Part shown: piece after piece, positions 39,903 through 49,606 of the stretch
How the letters are laid out: each line of letters opens with the position of its first letter
Numbering within the stretch: the stretch's first letter is position 1
IMG/VR virus record: IMGVR_UViG_3300020577_003313
DNA length: 64,000 nucleotides
Reading direction: 5' to 3' (one strand)
Source of the DNA: a virus
Taxonomy: Duplodnaviria; Caudoviricetes
Translations under genes and position numbers: made by a program
Notes under the pieces: model-generated
Seen by the model: only the letters and a program-made list of their open reading frames with translations
What the model was told of the DNA's origin: nothing
Database searches by the model: none

Positions 39903-40682
39903 TCAAAAAGGTATCTCAAAGTGATACTCATTATTATCCCAGAGTTCCTCATATGAAAGATAAGGACTCATAGTAGATTCATACTGATAGTGATGTCCTA
40001 GAGAAGGCATAGGAGAGAAGCACGGAATCTTACTATAGATAGTGTTGATTGTGTTGTCTTCGTTAACTCCGGGAACTGTACCATACTGCGTGAACATTCC
40101 AAAAGCGTTTCTAAATGCTTTGAATGCTTTAGAGGAAATCATTAGAGTTCCAGTAGTATGCCCTACTGTTCTCCAGTGTCTGTGCCTTCCGAGTACAATA
40201 TATGAAGAGTAGAGTTTATCCGGACTATATCTGTCTGGATAATCTACTGGATGAGTTACTACTTCATCCTGACGAATACTAGGTCCAACTTCGTTGTGAA
40301 TATCTACCATCTCTGATAGAGCTTCGGGACATAGTAAATAGTCGTCTTCTAAAAAGAAGATCAAGACATCATCAGGTAGTGAATCTGCTATCTGGTAGCA
40401 AGCAGCCAGAGATGCTCCATTACCTGTATCTTTAGTTAAGGATACAAACTTAGCTCCGGTCGGAGCATTTTCTTTTAGAAAATGAACTGTTTCTTCAGAA
40501 GAATGATCATCCACAATGATCAGCTCTGTTTTAAATTCTTTGAATCTTATGTTTGAAAGTAAAGAATTAAAGCATCTTCTGATTACTTCACTCTTCTCAT
40601 TAATTCTAGGATGTCCGGAGACAGCGTTTACTCTATCACAGGTCCTAAGGATGACAACAACTTTATTGTACTTGGCGCTCAT
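39903..40682 (-). CDS. GT2-like glycosyltransferase
   Basis: IIVDDHSS, FFLEDDYL. Confidence 0.8.
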   Translation of the reverse strand: MSAKYNKVVVILRTCDRVNAVSGHPRINEKSEVIRRCFNSLLSNIRFKEFKTELIIVDDHSSEETVHFLKENAPTGAKFVSLTKDTGNGASLAACYQIADSLPDDVLIFFLEDDYLLCPEALSEMVDIHNEVGPSIRQDEVVTHPVDYPDRYSPDKLYSSYIVLGRHRHWRTVGHTTGTLMISSKAFKAFRNAFGMFTQYGTVPGVNEDNTINTIYSKIPCFSPMPSLGHHYQYESTMSPYLSYEELWDNNEYHFEIPF

Positions 40683-41014
40683 GACTCGGAGAACTCCCCT
40701 TCTAGGGTTATAACAGAATCTTCTGGGAAATGGTATTCGACTCTGGTGTGATTCTTTTCAAAAGATTGGTCAATAGGAAAGTTAAGAGGATGTTCATTTT
40801 TAGATATAGTATTGTATGCTATTGCGAATACCCATCTAAATTCATAGTCGTCATAGATGCAGTAAATTCTTACAGACATCTTAGTCTTTTCTGATGTTAC
40901 CAGAATAGATCCCGGTAGCTTGTCTACCGATATAGCTTCAATCTTCTGGTTTCTGCCAAAGCCTTTTAGCAGAATAGACTTTTCGTCTAATGCTTGCAGT
41001 ACAAGTGATCTCAT
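40679..41014 (-). CDS. hypothetical protein
   Basis: 111 aa, ATGA coupled. Confidence 0.55.
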   Translation of the reverse strand: MRSLVLQALDEKSILLKGFGRNQKIEAISVDKLPGSILVTSEKTKMSVRIYCIYDDYEFRWVFAIAYNTISKNEHPLNFPIDQSFEKNHTRVEYHFPEDSVITLEGEFSES

Positions 41015-41250
41015 CTTAGTATTGTTATTTCTAGTTTTTCGATTCTGTGAGTATCTATAAGATGGTACTCTTGTAAATACTCCATTACATCTTTTCTTCT
41101 ATAGAAGAAAGGTACAAATTTATTCCAAGAATTTGTGTGAAGTTTATTGGTATGTCTATCGAATATAAACCAATATCTTTTCTTGGTAATAGTCTCTACT
41201 TCTGGTGACTTGTTGGTATTAGAAAATACCTTCCGTCTTCTGTGTGACAT
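41011..41250 (-). CDS. hypothetical basic protein
   Basis: 79 aa, ATGA coupled. Confidence 0.5.
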   Translation of the reverse strand: MSHRRRKVFSNTNKSPEVETITKKRYWFIFDRHTNKLHTNSWNKFVPFFYRRKDVMEYLQEYHLIDTHRIEKLEITILR

Positions 41251-41253
41251 ATG

Positions 41254-42288
41254 TTACCACTGGATATTTATTGTTCTAGCAGTTTTCTGAGCTTCTTGTT
41301 TAGTTGGTAGATTAAACTTAGATCTAGTTGCAGTTACCTTAGGTAATCCCCAACATTCTTCTTTCCAAGGACAAAGCTTACATTCGAAATCTCCCATCTC
41401 TACTTTAAGCTTATCCTTCTGTGCTCCTTTAGCTAGCCACTTATCCACAGCTTCCACATCTGCCTTTCTAGTAAGTAAACCTAGTTGGTGCAGAGTAGTA
41501 ATCTTTTCCTCCGAGTACTTTATGTCAAAGTCTCTAGGAGGTAGTAGTTTGTTGTTAATGAAATCACTAAGCTGATGGTATCTAGCATGAATATTCTTTA
41601 CAGCTAGGTGCGCCATCTTTATATTCTTAGTAGAAGTGTGAACGGTTGGAATACCTTCGTCATCCAAAGTTACGTAATAATCCCATAACATGGTTAAAGG
41701 ACTATTGTGCTTTTTTGATTTGATCTGATAGTTTTCTGTTCTAGAGACATACCAGATATACCACTTCTTAGGTAGTGCGTTGTCCTTGGGCATAAATGTC
41801 CTGTAGTAATCTAGGTACAGGACAGCCTGCATAACATGTTCTTCTGCTGGCTCTTCTATTGTCTTAGATGCCTTGTATTCCCCAACGGACTTTATTTCCA
41901 GCCCTACTGGTTCGTTACTATTGTAGTCCCAAGCAATGATATCACATCGACCAGATACATTGATTCTAGGATCAAAAAAGCTATGCTCTACGGCAAGTCT
42001 TTGAAGACCCATCTTGAATCCGTGTGTATCTATTAGTTCAACAACTAGCTCAGAGATCTTATCTCCAATCATTGCTGATATGGAGTAGTCTACTTCTCCT
42101 ACAGAAGTAGTAGGCTCATCTGTAACTCTGTAATACTGCTCTCTTAGGCAAGAGCCTATTACCTTTCTCCCTATGGGAGAAGAAACTTCCACCGAAGCCG
42201 AGCTAGGATGGAAGAATACACTTTTTCTAATGCCCTCGAAAGAGGGCTGAGCTAGTGCTGATTTAAGTCTAGTCGATAAATCGTTCAC
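41254..42288 (-). CDS. Cas4-like PD-(D/E)XK exonuclease
   Basis: CLREQYY, SGRCDII, LEIKS, QAVLY and CKLCPWKEEC (four Fe-S cysteines). Confidence 0.85.
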   Translation of the reverse strand: MNDLSTRLKSALAQPSFEGIRKSVFFHPSSASVEVSSPIGRKVIGSCLREQYYRVTDEPTTSVGEVDYSISAMIGDKISELVVELIDTHGFKMGLQRLAVEHSFFDPRINVSGRCDIIAWDYNSNEPVGLEIKSVGEYKASKTIEEPAEEHVMQAVLYLDYYRTFMPKDNALPKKWYIWYVSRTENYQIKSKKHNSPLTMLWDYYVTLDDEGIPTVHTSTKNIKMAHLAVKNIHARYHQLSDFINNKLLPPRDFDIKYSEEKITTLHQLGLLTRKADVEAVDKWLAKGAQKDKLKVEMGDFECKLCPWKEECWGLPKVTATRSKFNLPTKQEAQKTARTINIQW

Positions 42289-42300
42289 AACATAGATACG

Positions 42301-42708
42301 TCATATCTTTACACTAGCTAGCCCTGAATTTCTAACAACATTAAAAGCAATAGCTTTAGGAGTATCTGGTTCTTTTGGATCCACATCGTTGATTAGGTAT
42401 CTAGGACCTAGACCTACGCCCATGACCATAGCATCATAGACTATACCGGCATTACTTAGCTGTTTTGCCGTTAACTCTCTTGTGCATTCAGGTCTAGCTG
42501 TGGTGATAATAATTTTGAATCCTCGGCAGTGCCAGTCTGTAATCTTTTGTACAGCTTCTGGTAACGCTGGAAGTGTATCAACAGATACACTGTAAAGAAA
42601 TTGCTCTTTGTGTTCTAGGATGGTTCCGTCGATATCACAAAAAATTACTCCAGGCAATCTTGCCGGAGGATTATTCTGGCCATTCGGTGACTTCATTTGA
42701 TTCTCCAA
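42301..42708 (-). CDS. small HAD phosphatase (PNKP/EcbF-BcbF-like)
   Basis: FCDIDGTI, ITTARP, LIND. Confidence 0.75.
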   Translation of the reverse strand: MENQMKSPNGQNNPPARLPGVIFCDIDGTILEHKEQFLYSVSVDTLPALPEAVQKITDWHCRGFKIIITTARPECTRELTAKQLSNAGIVYDAMVMGVGLGPRYLINDVDPKEPDTPKAIAFNVVRNSGLASVKI

Positions 42709-45199
42709 TGTTGTCTTCGTTTGTAACTATACTTCCGTTTACGTCAAACTTTAGTCCGGTGGATGTCTCTATTCCTACTAGAGGTCCAGTCTTAGCTTCT
42801 AAAGTAGAATAACATCCTACTATTCCTGTAGTTTCATTATCATACTTGAAGTAGACAGAACCACGCTCACCGGCGCCTGATTTATTCTTCTGGAAGTCTA
42901 GCTCGATAATTGGTTTATACTTTCCAGGAGTGCCCCACTTAGCTTTAACTAGTGGATCTTTAACTGAAGTATACATACCAACTGCTTCGTTCCAGACTAC
43001 GCCTACAGTATCCATATCGAATTCGATCTTGCCTGATTCAGAAATAGATGTCAGAGTAGGTTTCTCACCTCTAGTTCTATTCTTTACCATTTCTAGGGTC
43101 ATCATTACTGTGCAAGGAACTTTAGCGCACAATGATTTTGCCCAGATAGATGAGGTAAGAATCTTGATTCTGGTATCAGAATCTGAATCATTCTTCACGT
43201 TGTGAAGAGAGTCAATACAGAATAGGATTGGATTACCTGTGGCATCCTGAGTATCTTTGATCCACTCTTCAGCTCTATTGATACTTCTGCCATACTTATC
43301 GTCTTTGAAGACGAGCTTTCTTTCTGAGGTTAAGGATCTGATTAGATCCTGCGCCTGTCTCATTTTAATGATGTCTTCTGCTGATCTCTTGACGTTATTA
43401 ATAACTTTCTTCATTGGCACACCGCTGATCATACTGACCAGTCTGTATGCAATAGACTTTCTGTTATCGTCAATAGCCCAGTAGCAGATAGCTATATCGT
43501 TATTCTTTTGAGCCATGTTAACGGCTAGGTTAAGCATGATAGCAGACTTGCCGTGCTGAGGAGCACCAGCAAAAGCAATAGCTCTACCAGCCTTCAAAGG
43601 CTTAGGAATACCATCTAGCATGGTGTCTAGAGGATCAAATCCAGTTACCCATCCGTGGATGCCCTCCTTATGGGCATTCATTTCCACGAATACATCGTCA
43701 AGGAATTCAATAGTCTCATTGACTGAGACTAGATGTCTATCCTTTTTAGTTGTATGGCTTGTCTCGATATTAGACAGAGTTTTAGATAGAACGATCTGAA
43801 GATCATCAGAGGTCTTTACTCTCTTTAGGTCCTTTAAGAGGTTCTCTCTAACTCTTTCTGCATCATTCTTTTCAAGGCGATCAATCTCTGCCTTGATATC
43901 GTCTCTTTCGATCTTTGTGTACTTGGCTAGAGTACTAATCATTTGACCGCGCTCTATCTGATCTGGCTCATTGATAATGAGCTTGATCATATTCTTGGCG
44001 AAGTTGTTAGTAAAGCCAGGATTCTGTTCAGTATCTAGGGCAGCAGAGTGTTTCTTAATTAGGTGTTCAAAAACACCTACTGGTTTTAGCTTTCTGTATT
44101 CCTGAATACCATACTTTCTGATATAGAAGTCTGGGTCATTCTGACCCTTTACTTTTCTATCTTCCTCAGACAATGGAAGATCCATTGTCGTTACCTTAAG
44201 ACCACTATACCCGGAGAACTTTTCAATATACTTCTCCATATTATTCTGGCCAGTAGAGTCTTGATCTAAGACCAGATTGATGTGCTGGAATCCTAAGTTT
44301 CTGATAATCTCTACATGGTTATCAGTTAGAGCAGTTCCGCCCAGGGCTACACAATTTCTATAACCTTCTTGCTGAGCTGTTACTGCACTACCATAGCCTT
44401 CAAAAATATCCAGTCTCATAGATCCCATCTTCTTGGCGAGATCTAGGCAGTAGAGTAGCTTATCCTTATGGTAGTAAGGGTTATCCTTGATAGAAGTATT
44501 TCTGTACTTCGGGATCTTAGATCCCTCTGTAAATAAGATGTATCTAGCCACTACACCTTTCATTACTCCGGTGTAATCTCTGATGCAGAAAGTAATAAAG
44601 TCCGGACCAAATAATTCATCCGTGATGCCCATCGACTTTAGTTCTTCTTCTGGAAGTCTAGTAGTCTTGGACAGATCTGTTAGGAACTTGGCATAGTTTT
44701 TGATAGATCCAATTCCTAAGCTCTTGCAGATTTCTCTGTTCCATCCTCTCTTTACTGCATGAGAGATGTCGGTATGAACAAAATCGTGGCTGTCTTTATC
44801 AAGACAGGTCATCAATTTATACACAGCTTCGTAGACACTATCGTACTTAAAATTAGAAAGCTGTTCGTCTGTAAACTCAATAGGCTCATACTCTACTGAA
44901 TACTTTTTGAGTATGTACTCTAGGTTGTCTCTTACAAACCCTACTCCTTGTAGTGGCTTGTCTTCTAGACAAGCTGCGGCTCCATAAATATCTGCCGACA
45001 TTCCACAAGAGAAACACTTAACATAAGTTTCATCACTATCTGGAACAAATGCACACGAAGGATTTTTATCATCATGGTCTGGGCTTATGCAACACATCCA
45101 ATCATTTGTTCCCTTCCTTACAATATTTACTCCCATGTCTTCTAGGTATTGACGAAGAAATGGTTTTCCTTTATCTACTAAGTTTTTGATATCGTTCAT
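42671..45199 (-). CDS. DNA primase-helicase fusion (CHC2 Zn finger, TOPRIM, DnaB-like helicase)
   Basis: CxxPDHDDKNPS...CFSC; FEGY, DQD; Walker A GAPQHGKS; IDS; KNK. Confidence 0.92.
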   Translation of the reverse strand: MNDIKNLVDKGKPFLRQYLEDMGVNIVRKGTNDWMCCISPDHDDKNPSCAFVPDSDETYVKCFSCGMSADIYGAAACLEDKPLQGVGFVRDNLEYILKKYSVEYEPIEFTDEQLSNFKYDSVYEAVYKLMTCLDKDSHDFVHTDISHAVKRGWNREICKSLGIGSIKNYAKFLTDLSKTTRLPEEELKSMGITDELFGPDFITFCIRDYTGVMKGVVARYILFTEGSKIPKYRNTSIKDNPYYHKDKLLYCLDLAKKMGSMRLDIFEGYGSAVTAQQEGYRNCVALGGTALTDNHVEIIRNLGFQHINLVLDQDSTGQNNMEKYIEKFSGYSGLKVTTMDLPLSEEDRKVKGQNDPDFYIRKYGIQEYRKLKPVGVFEHLIKKHSAALDTEQNPGFTNNFAKNMIKLIINEPDQIERGQMISTLAKYTKIERDDIKAEIDRLEKNDAERVRENLLKDLKRVKTSDDLQIVLSKTLSNIETSHTTKKDRHLVSVNETIEFLDDVFVEMNAHKEGIHGWVTGFDPLDTMLDGIPKPLKAGRAIAFAGAPQHGKSAIMLNLAVNMAQKNNDIAICYWAIDDNRKSIAYRLVSMISGVPMKKVINNVKRSAEDIIKMRQAQDLIRSLTSERKLVFKDDKYGRSINRAEEWIKDTQDATGNPILFCIDSLHNVKNDSDSDTRIKILTSSIWAKSLCAKVPCTVMMTLEMVKNRTRGEKPTLTSISESGKIEFDMDTVGVVWNEAVGMYTSVKDPLVKAKWGTPGKYKPIIELDFQKNKSGAGERGSVYFKYDNETTGIVGCYSTLEAKTGPLVGIETSTGLKFDVNGSIVTNEDNIGESNEVTEWPE

Positions 45200-45911
45200 G
45201 AGTTATTTTTCTAGTTCTCAGATACTAAACTACGCCGAGTGCCCTGCTCGATCTTATTATCAGGCCAATCCAAAGTTGTTTGATACTAGAGAAGCTATCA
45301 CTGCTTATCTAGTTGGTAATCTATTAAAACACTTAATCTCAGAAGCTCAAAATGGAAAAGTGCTCTCTGAGGAAAAAGCTAATAAGGAGCTTAACATTTT
45401 GTGGAGTAAGATCCACAAAAAGATCACGTTTAAGTATAGTCCTAACGACATGATCATCTTTCAGTCTTATATCAAAAGACTGATGCTGCACTTCTACGGT
45501 CACGAGAAAATTGAAGTATTAGTCAGTGACCAAAATTTTGAATACCAGATCGAGGACAATGTAATAACTATACCTCTTTCTGTCTTCAGAGTTTCCTCAT
45601 CTGTCTACGTCTATTACATAGACATGGATATTTTCGTAGACGATACTCCTGTAGGCTACACTTTCATAGAACATATCGTGTATAGGTTAGGGAGAGAAAT
45701 TTGTAAAGGACACACCTATGCTATGAAGCCTGTAATCTACCGAGCCCAAACTCTAAGAACTTATCAATGTATTGATAACTCGCGCGTAGATAATGCACTA
45801 GACTCCATGATGCAGTCGATGACTAAAGTATTCTATCCTAGAATAACTGATAACTGCAAATTTTGTAACCGAAAAGAATCGTGTAGATGGTATGAACAAA
45901 AAACCAATTAA
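45198..45911 (+). CDS. degenerate Cas4/PD-(D/E)XK-like protein
   Basis: SSSQILNYAECPARSYY and CKFCNRKESC are present, but no clear D...ExK catalytic motif. Confidence 0.65.
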   Translation: MSYFSSSQILNYAECPARSYYQANPKLFDTREAITAYLVGNLLKHLISEAQNGKVLSEEKANKELNILWSKIHKKITFKYSPNDMIIFQSYIKRLMLHFYGHEKIEVLVSDQNFEYQIEDNVITIPLSVFRVSSSVYVYYIDMDIFVDDTPVGYTFIEHIVYRLGREICKGHTYAMKPVIYRAQTLRTYQCIDNSRVDNALDSMMQSMTKVFYPRITDNCKFCNRKESCRWYEQKTN

Positions 45912-47343
45912 GATACTAATCAGTACTCATTCGCCACAAACCCCAACGGGGTTAGGAGCTACTGTAAGAAACATATTCAAGCCATTGATTCAGCACTATC
46001 CTGGGAAATATGATATTAGCCAGCTAGGTTACTTTCATATTCCTGATCAGCAGTTTCATATGTTTGATATTCCTTGGCCTATCTATCATACAAAGATCAA
46101 TAGAAAGCCAGACAATAGTTTAGAACATGATCCTGCGGATATGTATGGCCAACAATCATTTACTGAAGTAGTAAGTAGAGTTAAGCCAGACATTGTATTT
46201 GGTTACGGAGATATGTGGCACTTTGACCATCTGTTGAATTCTCCTTTGAGAAATTCTTTCAGACTTCTAAGCTACTACACCATCGACGGCCAGCCCTACT
46301 ACGGCAATCTTGAAGCAGATGGAAGTACAGAGTGGGGTAAGAAATTAACAAAGACAGATCGTCTTGTAGTGCTGTCACACTTTGGTGTGAAGTCTTTGAA
46401 GGAATCTTGTCCGGAGTTATCTAGTACACCTATTGATGTTAGGTACCATCCTCTCGATTTTAAGATGCACAAATTCCTGTCACCACAGGATAAGATGAAA
46501 TTTAGAAAGCAAGTTTTTGGTAATAATTTACCAGATGATGCTTTCATTATAGGCTGGTGCGGAAGAAATCAGTTCAGAAAACAGAACTATAAACTATGGG
46601 AAGCTCTGCACTACATGGTCTACGGAGACTATATTGAGTGCAAAGACTGTGGAAGAGTAACTCTAAAAGAGTTTAACCATTCTACTCGACAGACCCGCGC
46701 TGTCGGTGAGCTTACTATGTACGATGCCAACTATGATTACTCAGAGTGCTGGCATTGTAAGTCTAAGAACATTGTGAGCGGTAAACCGCTCAATAATGTA
46801 TTCATGTGGTTCCATATGTCGAAGGGAGAGAACTTCTACTCTCCAAACTTCCACGAAAGAATGTGGAACGTCAGTAATCGCTGCATCTGGACCAACGGAC
46901 TAGAAGGTGTTAGAGGTCTACCTGACCAATCAGTCTTTGATACAATGGCCCTATGGGACTGTATGTATTATCCTACTGGCGGAGAAGGGTTCAGTAACCC
47001 AGCTTTCGAAGTTCTAGCTTGTGGAGTTCCAGTTGTCTACGCCAACTATTCTTCTCATGCTGAGTTCTGTTCTCAAGGCGGACTTCCAGTCCGTGTTAGC
47101 TACATCCCTGAGCCAGTAATTGGTATTCAGAGATCTATCGTAGATACTGGACATGCTATCGAACAACTACTTAAGCTCTATAGAGATCCAGAGTTAAAAC
47201 TAAGACTGGGCGTCTCTGGTAGAAGTTATGTCTCTCAGTTCACTACTGACACCATGCCTATGGCATGGGATAGCATCTTTACTAGCATGATGAAACAACC
47301 ACTACCTGCTGAAGGTTCAAAAATATACACAACGGTGCTCTGA
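45892..47343 (+). CDS. GT-B (GT4-like) glycosyltransferase with Zn-ribbon insertion
   Basis: TGLG, GRNQFRK, EGFSNPAFEVLACGVP; inserted CKDC...CWHC. Confidence 0.85.
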   Translation: MNKKPIKILISTHSPQTPTGLGATVRNIFKPLIQHYPGKYDISQLGYFHIPDQQFHMFDIPWPIYHTKINRKPDNSLEHDPADMYGQQSFTEVVSRVKPDIVFGYGDMWHFDHLLNSPLRNSFRLLSYYTIDGQPYYGNLEADGSTEWGKKLTKTDRLVVLSHFGVKSLKESCPELSSTPIDVRYHPLDFKMHKFLSPQDKMKFRKQVFGNNLPDDAFIIGWCGRNQFRKQNYKLWEALHYMVYGDYIECKDCGRVTLKEFNHSTRQTRAVGELTMYDANYDYSECWHCKSKNIVSGKPLNNVFMWFHMSKGENFYSPNFHERMWNVSNRCIWTNGLEGVRGLPDQSVFDTMALWDCMYYPTGGEGFSNPAFEVLACGVPVVYANYSSHAEFCSQGGLPVRVSYIPEPVIGIQRSIVDTGHAIEQLLKLYRDPELKLRLGVSGRSYVSQFTTDTMPMAWDSIFTSMMKQPLPAEGSKIYTTVL

Positions 47344-47344
47344 A

Positions 47345-48529
47345 ATGGATTACTCTGATTTAACGTTTGATTGGGTAGGAGAGATCACCGCGATACGCGG
47401 TTATGGGCTACAGGCAAGAAGAATCTTGAGACCTCTTATTGAAGGCGGAGCCAACGTCAAATTAATTCAAGACGAGGACTATGTCCCTCAAGACAGAAGA
47501 ATCACTGACCCATGGTGGTTAGACCAAATCGAGAAGAGTAAAGCTAAACCAGATTCTCCCGTGAGAATCTGCTACTCGATTCCTAACCTCTACAAACCAA
47601 ACCCTAAGGCTATTAACATAGGCTACACTATGTGGGAGACCGATGAGTACCCGCGCGAGTGGGTACCACTTATAAACCAGATGAATAGATTCTGGGTAGG
47701 CACTCCTAGCTTAGTTCAAAGCGCAATCAAGGCTAAGGTAACAGTACCTATTGATACAGTATCAGCCACTATTGATCTGACCGAATGGTCACCAACAGGA
47801 CCCGTTAGTAAGGTAGCGGAGATTCCTGATGGAACAGTCAAGTTCATGTTTGTGGGTGACTGGATTCCTAGAAAGAACTACCAAGACCTAGTTATAGCCT
47901 TCGGACACGCCTTTTCAGGCGTGGACGATGTAGCACTAATCATCAAGACCTGGTCCTCTAGCTCAAACCCAGAGGATAGAAAGCAGATCGAGAGAGGGGT
48001 TAGATTCTTCATGGACAAGCTAAAGGGCCTAACAAGGCCCAAGATCTACCTACTCGCAGATATGATCGAAGAGAAAGCTCTCATCAATTTAATGAGAGGC
48101 GCGGATGTGTATACTACAGCATCACACGGAGAAGGATTCGATCTACCTATGTGCCAGGCCATGGCATTAGGTAAAGTAGTAGTAGCAACCAACTACTTAG
48201 CCCATGCTGACTACATGGATGAAACTAACAGCATCCCTGTAAAGTATACTAAGCGCCCGGTTACATTCGCCTCGGCGCCAATGTATGATGCTTACCAGAT
48301 GTGGAGTGCTCCAGACATGGAGGACTACATAAACAAGCTAAGAATAGCTTACCATGTGGTAAAGTCTAAGCAGGCGCATCTTCTCGGAGAGAAGGCACGA
48401 AGCACGGTAACAAACTTGTTCTCACCAGAGAACAACACACCTAAGATAGCTCAGGTGATAAGAAAAGCACTAGGCAAAGATGCTAGTAGCAAGGGCATCC
48501 TAGAGCTAATCAACTCTATTCTTCCTTGA
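47345..48529 (+). CDS. GT-B (GT4-like) glycosyltransferase
   Basis: GYG, YTMWET, RKN, SHGEGFDLPMCQAMALG. Confidence 0.88.
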   Translation: MDYSDLTFDWVGEITAIRGYGLQARRILRPLIEGGANVKLIQDEDYVPQDRRITDPWWLDQIEKSKAKPDSPVRICYSIPNLYKPNPKAINIGYTMWETDEYPREWVPLINQMNRFWVGTPSLVQSAIKAKVTVPIDTVSATIDLTEWSPTGPVSKVAEIPDGTVKFMFVGDWIPRKNYQDLVIAFGHAFSGVDDVALIIKTWSSSSNPEDRKQIERGVRFFMDKLKGLTRPKIYLLADMIEEKALINLMRGADVYTTASHGEGFDLPMCQAMALGKVVVATNYLAHADYMDETNSIPVKYTKRPVTFASAPMYDAYQMWSAPDMEDYINKLRIAYHVVKSKQAHLLGEKARSTVTNLFSPENNTPKIAQVIRKALGKDASSKGILELINSILP

Positions 48530-49025
48530 TGGGAGGCTCGGGATTCGAGCCTTCCTGTGCATCAGCGATATCCTCGCCGATCTCCAGAGTAGCTAAGGCT
48601 AGGTTACCGAATATATCTAGAAGGGGGAAGCTGTCGATCAGTCTTCCCCATAGCTGTAAAGCTATTTGAATAAAGATAATGATCTCGATGTCACTATTCT
48701 TTGCTGCAAAATCTTCTATTTCGGAACCATCTGTTGACTCTCCAGTCTCTGGATCTATCATTGACAAGACTGAATGGAAAGTCATCGAATAGAGTTCTTT
48801 TTCTGGGTTAAAGTCTGCCCAGATCTTGTCATTATCAAATCCTAATCTGGAAGTCTTGGCATCATAGCGACTAGGAAACCTAACCGCTACAAAGTCTACC
48901 TTCCTCTCAGAATTTTGATTCGTTACTATACCGTAGGACATTTCAATCTCTGGTATATTCAGAGATGCGTCTTCTGGTATAGTAATAGAACCTGTTATTG
49001 ACTTGGGATAAACAGAAGCTGTCAC
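48516..49025 (-). CDS. hypothetical acidic protein
   Basis: 169 aa; GTGA overlap with orn. Confidence 0.5.
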   Translation of the reverse strand: MTASVYPKSITGSITIPEDASLNIPEIEMSYGIVTNQNSERKVDFVAVRFPSRYDAKTSRLGFDNDKIWADFNPEKELYSMTFHSVLSMIDPETGESTDGSEIEDFAAKNSDIEIIIFIQIALQLWGRLIDSFPLLDIFGNLALATLEIGEDIADAQEGSNPEPPIKEE

Positions 49026-49606
49026 GTGGATGTCTGAGCCTTTACAGAACCGTTGACTAGCTCGATCATTTTTCTGTAAATGCTGATCGAGTATTCTAGG
49101 TCAGATATTGCTCTATGATTCTTAGAAGGGCTTTCGCCTTCTAGGAAAGTCTTGAAAGCAAGTCTGAAAACACTTACATCAAAGTTTCTGTAGTGAAGCC
49201 TAGAGTAGATGTTTGGCCAATCTATCTTTACCCACTCCTTATCGAAGTGGATAGAAGAACCTGCTATGATTAACTGATGGTTCGGCGGTAGCTTAGTATC
49301 AATCAATTGAGCAATCGCGGCCTCTTCTGTTACTATAGAATCCTCGTAGTAACAGTTCCTGCTCTCAATAGTGAGTAGGTCGAGAAGCCTATTCTTAGTA
49401 TGCATCTCAACAATATCTGGATGCATTAAAGACTTAGCAGATTCGACATTCTGTCGAATTAGGTTATCCTTTCTGAAGATCTCTCTTAGATTTAAGTCTG
49501 TACAGATACAGGCGTATTCTAAGATTCGACCGTTGTCTACATCGAGACCCGTGGTCTCTAGATCAATCCAGAGTAAGAACTGCGGGATATCAGTTTTATT
49601 TGTCAT
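49022..49606 (-). CDS. orn: oligoribonuclease (DEDDh)
   Basis: WIDLETTGLD, MHTKNRL, GSSIHFDK, LHYRNFDVS, HRAISD. Confidence 0.88.
   Translation of the reverse strand: MTNKTDIPQFLLWIDLETTGLDVDNGRILEYACICTDLNLREIFRKDNLIRQNVESAKSLMHPDIVEMHTKNRLLDLLTIESRNCYYEDSIVTEEAAIAQLIDTKLPPNHQLIIAGSSIHFDKEWVKIDWPNIYSRLHYRNFDVSVFRLAFKTFLEGESPSKNHRAISDLEYSISIYRKMIELVNGSVKAQTST

Noticed and set aside
41254-42288. CRISPR-Cas locus
   Set aside because: Solo Cas4-like nuclease; no repeat-spacer array or other cas genes seen.
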